A DNA stretch of 64,000 nt from Eledone cirrhosa (lineage: Eukaryota): NCBI GenBank assembly GCA_964016885.1, contig OZ024746.1, forward strand, positions 96,782,001 to 96,846,000, read 5' to 3'. The notes under the pieces are model-generated. The model searched no databases. It was not told the origin of the DNA and saw only the letters and a list, made by a program, of their open reading frames with translations. Positions 20,037 through 33,692 of the stretch are shown here, one piece after another. Each line of letters opens with the position of its first letter. The stretch's first letter is position 1. The position numbers and the translations under genes were made by a program.

Positions 20037-20117
20037 GTATATATATATATATGTATATATATGTATATATATATATATGTATATATATATACATACATAT
20101 ATATATATATATGTATG

Positions 20118-21326
<1,209 letters not shown>

Positions 21327-21441
21327 TATATATATATGTAATTGTTTCTACTAACGGCACAAGGCCAGCAAATTACCCCAGTACATTACTGGTACTTTAT
21401 TTTATCGACCCCGTAATATAATGCATATATAAATGTGTATT

Positions 21442-21501
<60 letters not shown>

Positions 21502-21502
21502 A

Positions 21503-21541
<39 letters not shown>

Positions 21542-21806
21542 GTATATATATACATATAACGTATATATAAATGTGTATTTGTGTATTTATATATATGTAT
21601 ATATATGTGTATATATATATATGTATATATATATATACACACATATATATATATTTATATATATATATATACATATATGTTTATACATATGTATAAATAC
21701 ACAAATACACATATATATATGCATATATATATATATTGTAAAACTCATTGTAAAACTCATTCTTTGATTTATTCATTGAACCTTGTTTAACCTTTAGATA
21801 TATATA

Positions 21807-22060
21807 TGATGAAGCCACATAATCCGATTATGCATTGTTGCATAATATATGCAGACACATGGTTCAGTGCACCTTACTGCTGCATTAGTGCTGCAGAAAC
21901 TCGAGTCCGGGAACCTTATAGGCACCCGTTTTACGTGTGTTGTGTTGAGGCAAATAACTATGTGTATACTCTGGTAATGTATCTTACATTGCCCATTGAG
22001 TGCGCTGAGATACAACTGGTACTGGCATTGATACATATGCTGGGTTCGTCAACTCCTTAT
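21807..22060 (+). mobile_element. (TA)n-embedded element (family G) starting within a hammerhead core
   Basis: TGATGAAGCC...GAAACTCGAGTC-CGGG, homologous to 59584-59692. Confidence 0.65.
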
Positions 22061-22076
22061 TATATATATATATATA

Positions 22077-22298
22077 TAGGAACAAGTAAGACCCCGACGG
22101 CTGAGCTCAAGCCGTTTCGACAGCTAATTCTGTACTATTAGCCGGCTAATTCTGTACTATTAGTACAGAATTAGCCGTCGAAACGGCTTGAGCTCAGCCG
22201 TCGGGGTCTTACTTGTTCCTATTACCCACTCTACTACCCTAAGTATTGAGTACTTTGGTGCGTTATGGTCCACCTGGTTCCTTACCACATTTTCTTCG

Positions 22299-22300
<2 letters not shown>
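22077..22300. mobile_element. Fold-back element (family D)
   Basis: Inverted repeat 22077-22139 / 22162-22222 plus a 78-nt tail on the right. Homologues at 36701-36829 and 60521-60575. Flanked by (TA)n. Confidence 0.8.
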
Positions 22301-22333
<33 letters not shown>

Positions 22334-22640
22334 TTTAGGTTTGTCGGTTCACCACCCACATGATAGAACTGGTCATTCCGTATAGTCAACCTTGGTGTAA
22401 TATTAGGGAGAGCACTCGACGTAATGCAACTCACCCGTCTTCGTTTGTGTTATTGGTGGTGCGTATTCGGGGTTAATTATTATAAAATAAGAGGAGGGTG
22501 GACCAGATACTTTACACACACACAAAATAACTTCAACGCACTTATACAGTACACACATTCAACCTTGCATCCACTCACACATACAAGTCCCCTACCACAT
22601 ACGCCATTATACACATAACATGGACTTTGATACTTTTCAC

Positions 22641-23468
22641 CAAAGGTTCTCAAGGGGGGGGGGGCATATGCACCCCCGGGGGGCGTTTCGGAACTCTAGG
22701 GGGGCGTTTGGGAGCAAGGTCGCGTTATGGGGGGGGGGAGGGTTAGGTGGGCGCTGGAAGGCTCTTTATTTTGGTAAGTTTTATTAGCCATATTTGTATG
22801 TCTTTGAGACAGCCAGTGTGAATGCATTTGAATGAGCTTGCAGACAGCATAACTATAGTCTGACAGCAGCAGTGAGCAGGTGTGCAGGCATGTCCGGTAA
22901 TTGAAACATTAACCAGTAATTGAAATCCTAAAAATGGAAAACCCACAATCAACTGGGTGAAAGACACTATGAGCGCAGCCAGTTAGAATCTTATCTTTCC
23001 TTCACCGATAACAATGTATTTCATGTCTGAAATTATTGACTCAGCCGCAACGAGTTAACACTATGTAGATCTATTTTATTCCCTATTGTATAAATAATAT
23101 TACAAATAAAAAAAAAAAAGAAAAGAAAAAATAGAAGCGAGTAGCACACACATCTAGGACCACATACAACACATAATCAGATGATACACACATCTAGGAC
23201 CACATACAACACATAATCAGATAATACACACATCTAGGACCACATACAACATATAATCAGATAATACACACATCTAGGACCACATACAACACATAATCAG
23301 ATAATACACACATCTTTGGAATATTGTTAATCAATTTTTTAGTAATCTACTGATATAAAAATCAGTAGTATATTGAAAAATGGAAAAATAGGGGGGGGGG
23401 GGGGGGGGCGTTTCGTGATTTCGAGGGACAAAAGGGGGCGTTTGGCCTAAATGGGTTGAGAACCTGTG
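22641..23468. mobile_element. Non-autonomous hAT-like DNA transposon
   Basis: TIRs CAAAGGTTCTCAA / TTGAGAACCTGTG; 8-bp TSD CTTTTCAC / CTTTACAC; subterminal GGGGGCGTTT repeats; internal 40-bp tandem repeat (23147-23315, ~4 copies). Confidence 0.85.
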
Positions 23469-23680
23469 CTTTACACAATATACCTTTTACAAATACACAC
23501 CTTTAAACATACACTTACATTCACACATTATATCGACACTAATACACACACACTTCACTTTACCTTCCAACTCGTTACCAAGACTACCTAACAGTTTGTC
23601 TTGGCTTTATTTTTGATGTCTTCTCTACTTGAACTCTTTTATTTCTGTATCTTCTTTGTGATCTTGTCTCTATTTTGTAC

Positions 23681-23712
23681 TTCCGAAGAAGGGCTAAAGC
23701 CCGACACGTCAA
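23681..23712 (+). ncRNA. Degenerate minimal hammerhead ribozyme
   Basis: tt-CCGAAGA-a-GGGC-taaa-GCCC-GACA-c-GTC-aa, with two substitutions relative to the CUGANGA and GAAA cores. Confidence 0.5.
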
Positions 23713-24924
23713 ACTTCCTTTCCTCTTTTTATATAAAGCATGAAACTAATAAGACCTTTTGAACCTCTGTTGCTCCTTGAACTGTACACACACACGCACA
23801 CGCACACGCACCCCCCCCCACACACACATATATATACATATATATATGTGTCTGTGAATGTATATATGTACATATTTATGTATATACGCCTATACATATA
23901 TATGTATATATGTATATATGTATATATATGTATATATATATATATATGTATATATATCACAGAAAAAAAGAGAATCAGTGTTGCGACGAATGGAATTTAT
24001 TGGACATATTACAATCGTTTCTCTGGACACCAGCTCGAGGCATGATCGATGTGATGATCGAACCTGACTCTGAAAATCGCAAGGTCCTCAGATACGTCTT
24101 GATTCTACGAAGTACATCTTCTTATGTCTTTTACATCGCTTGTCGGCTTAGATCCTGTTGTCATTCTATGAGTGGTGGAGAGTACACGTCATCAGTATTT
24201 CTAGCCACTCATGGTTGTCCACTATTTGGGTCTTGTCATTCTCCACCTGTCAATCAACTTATATACATTCCATGTATATAAAGAAATATAAGGCAATAAA
24301 TGAAGAAAACAGAAAATAAATAAATAATATAATAAAATAATTAATATACTTTGTGTAATTTGAAAATAAATAAATAAATAGAGAATAAAGAATAAAGAAT
24401 AAATGAGAGATTGGTGAAAAAGTAATGAAAATGAATATGGAGAAATGAGAAATAATTGTTTCTACTTTAGGCACAAGGCCAGCAATTACCCAGTACATTA
24501 CTGAAGTGTGTGTGTGCTATAACCAATCTCATGGTCAGAATATGTTGGATAGATTGGTATGAGACAAGATGTTAAGATGAGATATTCAAACTAAATGTGT
24601 TTGTATTATAATCCATCTCAACTTAAAATAAGTATAAGGTGATACAGTGAAGAGGGCAGAAAACAAATAACAAATTAATAAAAAGAAATCAAGATTTGAG
24701 ATTGGAACTTGAAAGTCAGAAATCTGGTAAATTAAAAGTGTTTGTGTTATAGATGTTTGCCAAATTATTATGGCTGTGTCCGATTCTATCTCTAGGCTAT
24801 CATGGTGTTTGCTCCGCCTGGGTTGTTCCCTGTGGCTTGAGGGGAGTTCACAACCTAGGGTATTGTTATTGCTCATATAGCTTGAGGGAGGTCTGGCCGA
24901 GAGGTGTTTTCATGTTCAATTCAA

Positions 24925-24977
24925 ACTGCCTGAAGAGGTCACAGCCAAAGATGGCTGTCACTGAAATATATATAGCA
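24925..24977 (+). ncRNA. Minimal type I hammerhead ribozyme
   Basis: Stem I ACTGC/GCAGT, core CTGAAGA, stem II ACAGCCA-aaga-TGGCTGT, GAAA, short palindromic stem III (TAT-ATA), AUA cleavage triplet. Confidence 0.85.
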
Positions 24978-25122
24978 GTAATAAACGAAGCTAAATTTTA
25001 ATCATTTGACTTTTATTTAACTTTATTTTACAATACTCCGGAGTAACCAAACCAACCTGCGCACTTCGTCGAGTGCTCCAGTCTGCATACTGAAGTGTTG
25101 GTATACAACCAACATAAACTCA

Positions 25123-25153
<31 letters not shown>

Positions 25154-25268
25154 TAAAAAAATAATGAATAAAACAATGAAACAGTTCCTTATATTAAACA
25201 AAAAAAGTTCATTATTTAACGATCGTTTCTAGGATATATTTGTGTTAGAATTGGCATGTAGATTTATC

Positions 25269-25333
<65 letters not shown>

Positions 25334-25346
25334 GCATATATATACA

Positions 25347-25675
25347 CTAGCTGAATGACCCAATGTTGCCTGGGTTACTGCTGTTCGTATTCAGATTAGT
25401 AAACAATAAATATGAAAAAAAAAATTTTTTTCTCATAATTATTTCAAAATATCTATATTTCATTTTTTAAAATATCAAAATCGTAATGATAATAGAATTT
25501 AGAATTGAAAATCTGTCAATCTTGAAGCAGTTCAGTGTAAACAATATTCATTGTGTTATTTTTTGTTGGTGTCCAAATGAATAAATTTTGCTGCTTCAAA
25601 CTCGCGAGCAACCACCATAGGGTTGACCATGGAACAAACATGTAGTAGAGAAATTGAACCGGTCCAAAATACCTA
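25347..25675 (-). mobile_element. Helitron-type 3' end
   Basis: Minus strand ACCCA-ggcaacat-TGGGT hairpin followed by cattcagCTAG|T ending at 25347. The 5' boundary is not identifiable. Confidence 0.6.
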
Positions 25676-26800
25676 AAGTCGTTGTGTAGGTGTCACGACA
25701 AAAAGCACCCAGTCCACACTGTAAAGTCGTCATGTAGGTGTCACGACAAAAAGCACCCAGTCCACACTGTAAAGTCGTCATGTAGGTGTCACGACAAAAA
25801 GCACCCAGTCCACACTGTAATGTCGCCATGTAGGTGTCATGACAAAAAGCACCCAGTCCACACTGTAAAGTCGTCATGTAGGTGTCATGACAAAAAGCAC
25901 CCAGTCCACACTGTAATGTCGCCATGTAGGTGTCATGACAAAAAGCACCCAGTCCACACTGTAAAGTCGTCATGTAGGTGTCACGACAAAAAGCACTCAG
26001 TCCACACTGTAATGTCGCCATGTAGGTGTCATGACAAAAAGCACCCAGTCCACACTGTAAAGTCGTCATGTAGGTGTCATGACAAAAAGCACCCAGTCCA
26101 CACTGTAATGTCGCCATGTAGGTGTCATGACAAAAAGCAGCCAGTCCACACTGTAAAGTCGTCATGTAGGTGTCACGACAAAAAGCACCCAGTCCACACT
26201 GTAAAGTCGTCATGTAGGTGTCATGACCAAAAGCACCCAGTCCACACTGTAAAGTCGACACTGTAAAGTCGTCATGTAGGTGTCACGACAAAAAGCACCC
26301 AGTCCACACTGTAAAGTCGTCATGTAGCTGTCATGACACACAAAGCACCCAGTCCACACTGTAAAGTCGTCATGTAGGTGTCATGACACAAAAAGCACCC
26401 AGTCGACACTAATATCGTCATGTAGGTGTCATGACAAAAAGTACCCAGTCGACACTGTAAAGTCGTCATGTAGGTGTCATGACGCAAAAAGCACCCAGTC
26501 CACACTGTAATGTCGTCATGTAGGTGTCACGACAAAAAGCACCCAGTCCACACTGTAATGTCGCCATGTAGGTGTCATGACAAAAAGCACCCAGTCCACA
26601 CTGTAAAGTCGTCATGTAGGTGTCATGACAAAAAGCACCCAGTCCACACTGTAAAGTCGTCATGTAGGTGTCATGACAAAAAGCACCCAGTCCACACTGT
26701 AATGTCGTCATGTAGGTGTCATGACAAAAAGCACCCAGTCCACACTGTAATGTCGCCATGTAGGTGTCATGACAAAAAGCACCCAGTCCACACTGTAATG
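25676..26800. repeat. 48-bp minisatellite (~23 copies)
   Basis: Unit TCAYGACAAAAAGCACCCAGTCCACACTGTAAWGTCGYCATGTAGGTG, with no unique spacers. Confidence 0.95.
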
Positions 26801-28095
26801 TGTTTGTTTAGAATTTGGTGCTATGTTGCGCATAGGTGGGGCGGTTTCCCTAGAGGTATTTCTGTGGTTGATCTTTCATATGTGTGATTCTATATTTGCA
26901 GCCGTAGAGTATGAGAGTTTTATAGTTTTTCTATTGAGGATTTTATGATATCTGTGTGATATAGGGAAGTGTTTATCTATTAGTTTAAAGAACGTAGAAG
27001 GCAGTCTAGTTTTTACAGAGGAGTTGAAGATTGGATTGAACCGCAGGTATTTTCTTTCTCTGATTCTTCTATTGTTTCCAGGGTTTACATTATTGGTGTT
27101 TGGACCACTTACTCTAGGTGCTACGTGCCGAACTCTATGTCTAGTCCTGTTACCTCTATTTTTGTGTGAGCGGTTGGTGTCATTGTTAGTAGGTTTGTTT
27201 GAGTTGTCTTTATTCGTTATAAACTGCAACTTTTCTTTGTGTCCGGCCCTATTTAATGCCGCGTTATAATAGTTAGCATGCTCATTAAAAATTTCTAGGT
27301 TTGAGGATAAGCGGGATATTCTAAGGGATATAATACGTGCTATGGATCTGGGGTGGTTTGAATTATAAATAATGTAGGCCAGATTCTCATTATTTTTGTG
27401 GAGGGTTCTATTAATCCCGTATTAAGATTTAGAGTCACATCTAGAAAGTTTACCTTTTTATGGTTCAGTTCGTAGGTAATACTTAGGCGTAGTTTTTTGA
27501 AGAATGTTCTAATGTTTTTTCTTAATCTTTCCATGCTCTGGTTGTTTAAGTTCCTAGCTATAAGGAGCGTGTCATCTCTATAAATCCCTCCTTGGAGGTT
27601 ACTGAATTCTTTATGTAGGTTGTGTGCTATAAATAGTCCCACGACGTCAGTGATTTGCGCTGAGTCATTTGATCCCATTGTGATAACAAAGCTGTTTATC
27701 CTATCTTTTCTTACCCAGTAGCTATTTTCAAATTTTATGATAGTCCTTCTAGCCGCTATTATTATTTCAATTTCATCAGGGGTAAGATCGGAGTTATTTT
27801 GGGCAACTATAAGCGCTTTATCTAGAGTGGCTGGGGATATGGACGCATAGTAATCGTTTATATCGAATTATATAAAGTTACATGTTTCTCTATTTCTTAT
27901 TTTATTGAACCATTCAATCGCCTCGTTAGTGTTACCCCATAAATTGATTTCTAGTTGTCCCTTTATTTCTGCGATTACCCTATCTAGAATATTCTTGCTA
28001 ATTTTACCTATATCCGACTTGGATAGAAGGGTTTGTTTCAAAATAATTTTTGTGATCCTTCAGGTTAAATGTGGGGTTGCATGGGGTTAGAGGCT
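26801..28095 (-). mobile_element. Degraded Penelope-like element RT (YRDD type)
   Basis: Fragments MGSNDSAQITDVVGLFI..GGIYRDD..KVNFLDVTLNL and FNPIFNSSVKT..LIDKHFP..HKILNRKTIKLSYS; frameshifted. Confidence 0.8.
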
Positions 28096-28784
28096 CGGTC
28101 CTATCGATATTCCGAGTTTATTTAAGGCCCTCCACGTTAATGCTGGATAGTGTGGATTCATTTGTTTTTTTGTATTTTTTGTGTAGTTCACACTGAATAA
28201 AATGATTGTAGTTCACGCTGAATAAAATTGTCAGCAAAGTGATTAAAAACCTTTTTTGTATAGCAAACCGTGTCACTCTTCTTTCTTGATTTATATATAT
28301 ATATATATATATATATATGCAAAAAGTAAACGGAAACAAGAAAGCAAAAACAATGCAATACAATGAAGAAATATATTAGTTTAATTCTTGAAACAGTAGG
28401 GAAAGAGTCTTTATGTTTTGGACACTAGTCCTTCATCCGAGGATACAGTGAGAAATAAAAGATGAAATACAAACATAGTAAAGGAACAGAAAAAAATATC
28501 TGAGAAAAAGCACGTGTGTATTTCAGCTCCAAAGAGTCTTGTTCATTAATCGTCTAAATTAAAACCTGGGCCTAATTATTACGAAGCGAACTTCTTAATT
28601 ACTAGGCCAAGCTGTATCCAAACACACACAAACAAATACAAACACATAAACACACATACATACACACAATTGTATGCATAAATAGACACGTACACACACA
28701 CACAAACAGACACACATTGACAAATATTTTATTCACTATTTTTTATGTTCAGCGTATCATTATTTATTGGTCTCATGTCTTTAG

Positions 28785-28872
28785 TTTCCACCGGTCTCCC
28801 AATGACCGATAACCAGGAGAAATTTGATACGTGCCGCAAATATCTTGACACCCATACAACAGACTCATGCAA
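28785..28872 (+). CDS. Cys-rich gene exon 2
   Basis: tctttag| VSTGLPMTDNQEKFDTCRKYLDTHTTDSC |gtaagt, phase 1-2. Confidence 0.8.
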
Positions 28873-29066
28873 GTAAGTATTCTTTTATTCTTTTACTGGT
28901 TTAGCCATTGAATATATGTTTAAAGGAGTGTTTCTTTCCGTCTATAGGGATATTTTACCCGATCTTTAAAGCTGTTATTTGTAGCAATCGAGTGTGTTCA
29001 CAGTGTTCACTAACCATTCTGCATTAGAGATTTTCTATATTTTCTAAGAATATAAATATATATATA

Positions 29067-29330
29067 GAGAGAAAACTCATCGCTAGAACAGCCATTAAAA
29101 CAGCCAAATGTTGATCGAGAGAGATAATCCACAAGGTGGGTGACAGCCAGATGGAATATAGGAATGATTGAAAGAGGGGGACAAGGAGGAGTGTGCTGGC
29201 ACATAGAAGTGACCAGAAGGTAATAAAGAAAGGTTATTTTAAAGACTGTTCTAGCGATGAGTTTTCTCATTTTTGTATGTATTTAAATACACTCTCGCTT
29301 CGTCTCGATCAGAGATAACAATGTTATTCA
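29067..29330. mobile_element. Small inverted-repeat element (family H)
   Basis: 29069-29100 is inverted at 29237-29268; the left arm abuts (TA)n and the right arm continues into an unpaired tail. Confidence 0.5.
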
Positions 29331-29843
29331 TTTAAATTATTATAGCTATGATTAGCTTTCTGTTTGTTTTATCACACACTCAATCACACATCATACCAGC
29401 AGAAATATTTATTTTTCTGTTGTACGATCCAGCATTCTAAAATGGTACTCCCAATTAAATCATGGAAAACCATTTTGCTGATTTGAGAGCTGATGAGGAT
29501 GAAGATGCATGTGTGTGTGAACTTGTCCTGTACTTTCCCTTTCTTTATTTCCTTCTTCCAGTCACTTCATTATTATATATAGCTTTGCTTATATGTAGAC
29601 TCGACCTGCAAATAAATAATAGATTAGAACTCAGCACACAATACTTAAGATAAAAAGACACACACACACAAACATCTCATACAAAAAAGAAAATTGATTC
29701 CGCGAAATACTATATTGGCAATAGATGTCATTCTCGTGAAGAGCGAAATAACCATTAAAAAAAACGTTTGAAAACGACTTAGAAAAATTTAAATAAAAAT
29801 CAAAATTTAATCCCAAAGAGAGGAAATTGGAAAGTTCCTTAAA

Positions 29844-29879
29844 CCCTGAAGAAGGGACTTTTAGGTCCTGAAATATAGG
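29844..29879 (+). ncRNA. Minimal hammerhead ribozyme
   Basis: cc-CTGAAGA-a-GGGAC-ttttag-GTCCT-GAAA-TATA-gg, matching the minimal PLE-type layout; stem I is only 2 bp. Confidence 0.65.
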
Positions 29880-30643
29880 ACAGAAAAAAAACAACAACAA
29901 TAAAAAAACAAGACAAGGATTACCAGGTAACTTACTTTTTGTTACATCATCTTAGTCCATTTTGCATTGTTTAGTCGACTATCCTTTTCAACATTATATA
30001 TCATAATATAATAAAGGGAGGAGTGTGGGACTGTGTCCTGATTATAGTTTTTATCCTGTTAGTAAAATAAGTTGGATTACTTTGAATAAATAATTGTTTC
30101 TACTTTAGGCACAAGACCAGCAATTACCCAGTACATTACTGGTACTTTAATGAATGAATATTTCATATTTTATGTACTAAATTATTTCATAACTCTAGAT
30201 CAAATATAAATAATTTTATTGCTTATTTCAAGATTCACTTCTTTTAAAATTTTCAAATGTCAATACTTTTGGTTATGATGTAATGGATGCTATATCACAT
30301 CGCTTATATAAACATTTATATACTTGCACCGTTATATGAGGTTGATATTTCCGTTGCTAATTTTCTCCTTTTTCGTTTTCATAAAATTTTAATAATTAAT
30401 AATATTATCGTCTTTTTTAAATGTATCATTACTTTACTGATTACAGAAGAGAGTGTAACACAGTCTCTCTCCAGTTTCTGTACATATTCTCAATTACGAT
30501 TTTATTTGACGTATCATATCTACATGCATATATATTTGCGTATAATATCAATATCCACACTACACATGCTAGCAAAAAACCACCCGAATGGTGGTTTTTC
30601 CGCAAGTTATACACAATGCTTCAAGCAAACTACAACATTTCAT

Positions 30644-31785
<1,142 letters not shown>

Positions 31786-32737
31786 AATCCCCCTGAAAGG
31801 CAACTAAGCAATGGCAATTGGTAGTGATAATCCCAATTTTCAAAGAGGGAGACAAGAGAGCTTGTTCCAATTATGAAAAGTTCTCCTTGTTAAGCCTCCC
31901 CGGTAAAGATTATGCTATATGTCTGGCAAAGAGATGCAGGCAGATTGTCGAAACCAAGCTAGCTGATGAACAGTGTGGTTTTCACCCCAGACGCAGCACA
32001 GCCGACCAAATATTCACACTGCAGCAGGTATTAGAGAAAATGTGGGAATTATCCCAAGAAATATATTCTTGTTTAAGTTGACCAGAAGAAGGTATATGAC
32101 TGTGTTCCTCAGGACCTGCTGTGGAAGGTTCTGCAGGAGTATGGCATTGATGGTCAGCTTCTTGCTGCCCTGATGTTGTCTATATGAATGCCCGAGTATT
32201 TATGTTCGGATAAATGGTGCTAAATCGAAACTGTTCAATGTGGGAGTCAGACCCTACGAAGGGTACATACCTCTCCACTTCATTATTTTCATGACATGCC
32301 CAGCTGGCTGGAAGTGGTATTATGAGTGTCGGGTGTAAAATCAGTCAGTTGGAATTTGTAGACGACATGGTGTTACTTGACTTGACAGAAGTAGATCTGT
32401 GACTTGCACTTGACAGGTTTGATGCCGAGTGTTGCATGGCTGGAATGAAAACCAGTGCTGCTAAAACTGAGACACTCATCCTCTCAAGGAAGAATGAGCA
32501 GTACACTCTACATGTGAATGGAGTTCCACTGAAGCAGGTAGAGAAGTTCAAGTGTCTTGGGGCTGTGTTCATGAGTGATGGAAGACCGGAGGCTGAATTA
32601 AGTGCAATAATGCACCAGCTTCAGCATTCAGTACTTAGAAGGGAGGTAGGCATAAAAGCCAAACTTGCTATCTTCAATTTGGTTTTTGTGCCAACCTTTG
32701 CGTACGGTCATGAATCTTGGGTAATGACCCAAAGACT
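31786..32737 (+). mobile_element. RTE-like LINE, RT part (degraded)
   Basis: VIIPIFKEGDKRACSNY..EQCGFHPRRSTADQIFTLQQVLEK, then LKQVEKFKCLG..PTFAYGHESW. Confidence 0.85.
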
Positions 32738-33057
32738 AAAAAATGGCGTATACTTTACAATATAATGGGAGGAAACATAGTAGTACCACTGATAATGTCG
32801 CAGATGTGTGACGAAAGAACTTTGATAGATTATATATATATATTTATATATGTATTTTTAACCGTTGGTCTATAAATGATAAACATTGATTGACAAATAA
32901 ATTAACTATGGAGATATAAAAGATACAGAAGCGAAAACCAACCCAAACCAAACAGTGAGTGTGTTCTTTTATTAATGGTTGGAAGATCACTGATGAAGGA
33001 CTAACTTTATTCATATGTAACCCATTAGCAACCACGCAGCACGTTTATTCTCATATT

Positions 33058-33060
<3 letters not shown>
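32738..33060 (+). mobile_element. PLE pseudo-LTR remnant with mutated hammerhead, joined to a family-B end
   Basis: CTGATAA-t-GTCGCA-gatg-TGTGAC-GAAA at 32789-32816. 32738-32974 resembles 36374-36631; 32977-33060 resembles 38361-38443. Confidence 0.7.
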
Positions 33061-33138
<78 letters not shown>

Positions 33139-33389
33139 TTGCGAGGTTTTTTATATGAAATCGTGTGTCGAAACAGATATTGTTATATTTGGGGAGGGTC
33201 ATATTTGCGTAATATTGCCAGAATTAATAACAGAACACATTCACTGTTTGGTTGGTTTTCGCTTCTCGCTGTCTTTTATATGTATATATCTGCGATCTAA
33301 CTTATTCGGTCCTCAATGTTGCCATTGACTGACCGGCGGTCAAAAATAATACAGATACAATATAGACAAACACATATATATATAGTTTA

Positions 33390-33427
33390 CATAAATCTTT
33401 CGTTGCACATCTGCAACATCGTCAGTG
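33390..33427 (-). ncRNA. Minimal hammerhead ribozyme in the PLE 3' UTR
   Basis: Reverse-complement copy of 36427-36464. Confidence 0.8.
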
Positions 33428-33692
33428 GTGTTATATTCATTGTTCCTCCTGTTGTGTTGTATGTCTACGCCATTTTTTTGTTCAGTCTGTCTATATATTT
33501 ATTTATTTATTTGTTTGTTTATCTTATTTTATTTTGTCTTCTTTGCGCATGCGTTTGCGTGTGTGTATAGTGTTATGTGTGATGTGTGACTAGTGTGTAT
33601 AGTGTTGTGTCTGCTGGGTGACTAGTGTGTGTTTATGTGCTTGTGTATGTATTTATTTATCTTATTTTATTTAATTTAATTTACTTATTTAT

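Noticed and set aside
25596-26887. 48-bp repeats as a CRISPR array or a Cys/His-rich repeat protein
   Set aside because: Head-to-tail repeats with no unique spacers in a eukaryotic context. Open frames on both strands arise because the unit length is a multiple of 3, and indels break them.
28753-28784. Upstream AG (28751-28752) as the exon 2 acceptor
   Set aside because: It is phase-incompatible with the signal-peptide exon and gives a stop, whereas the AG at 28783-28784 gives a clean in-frame join.
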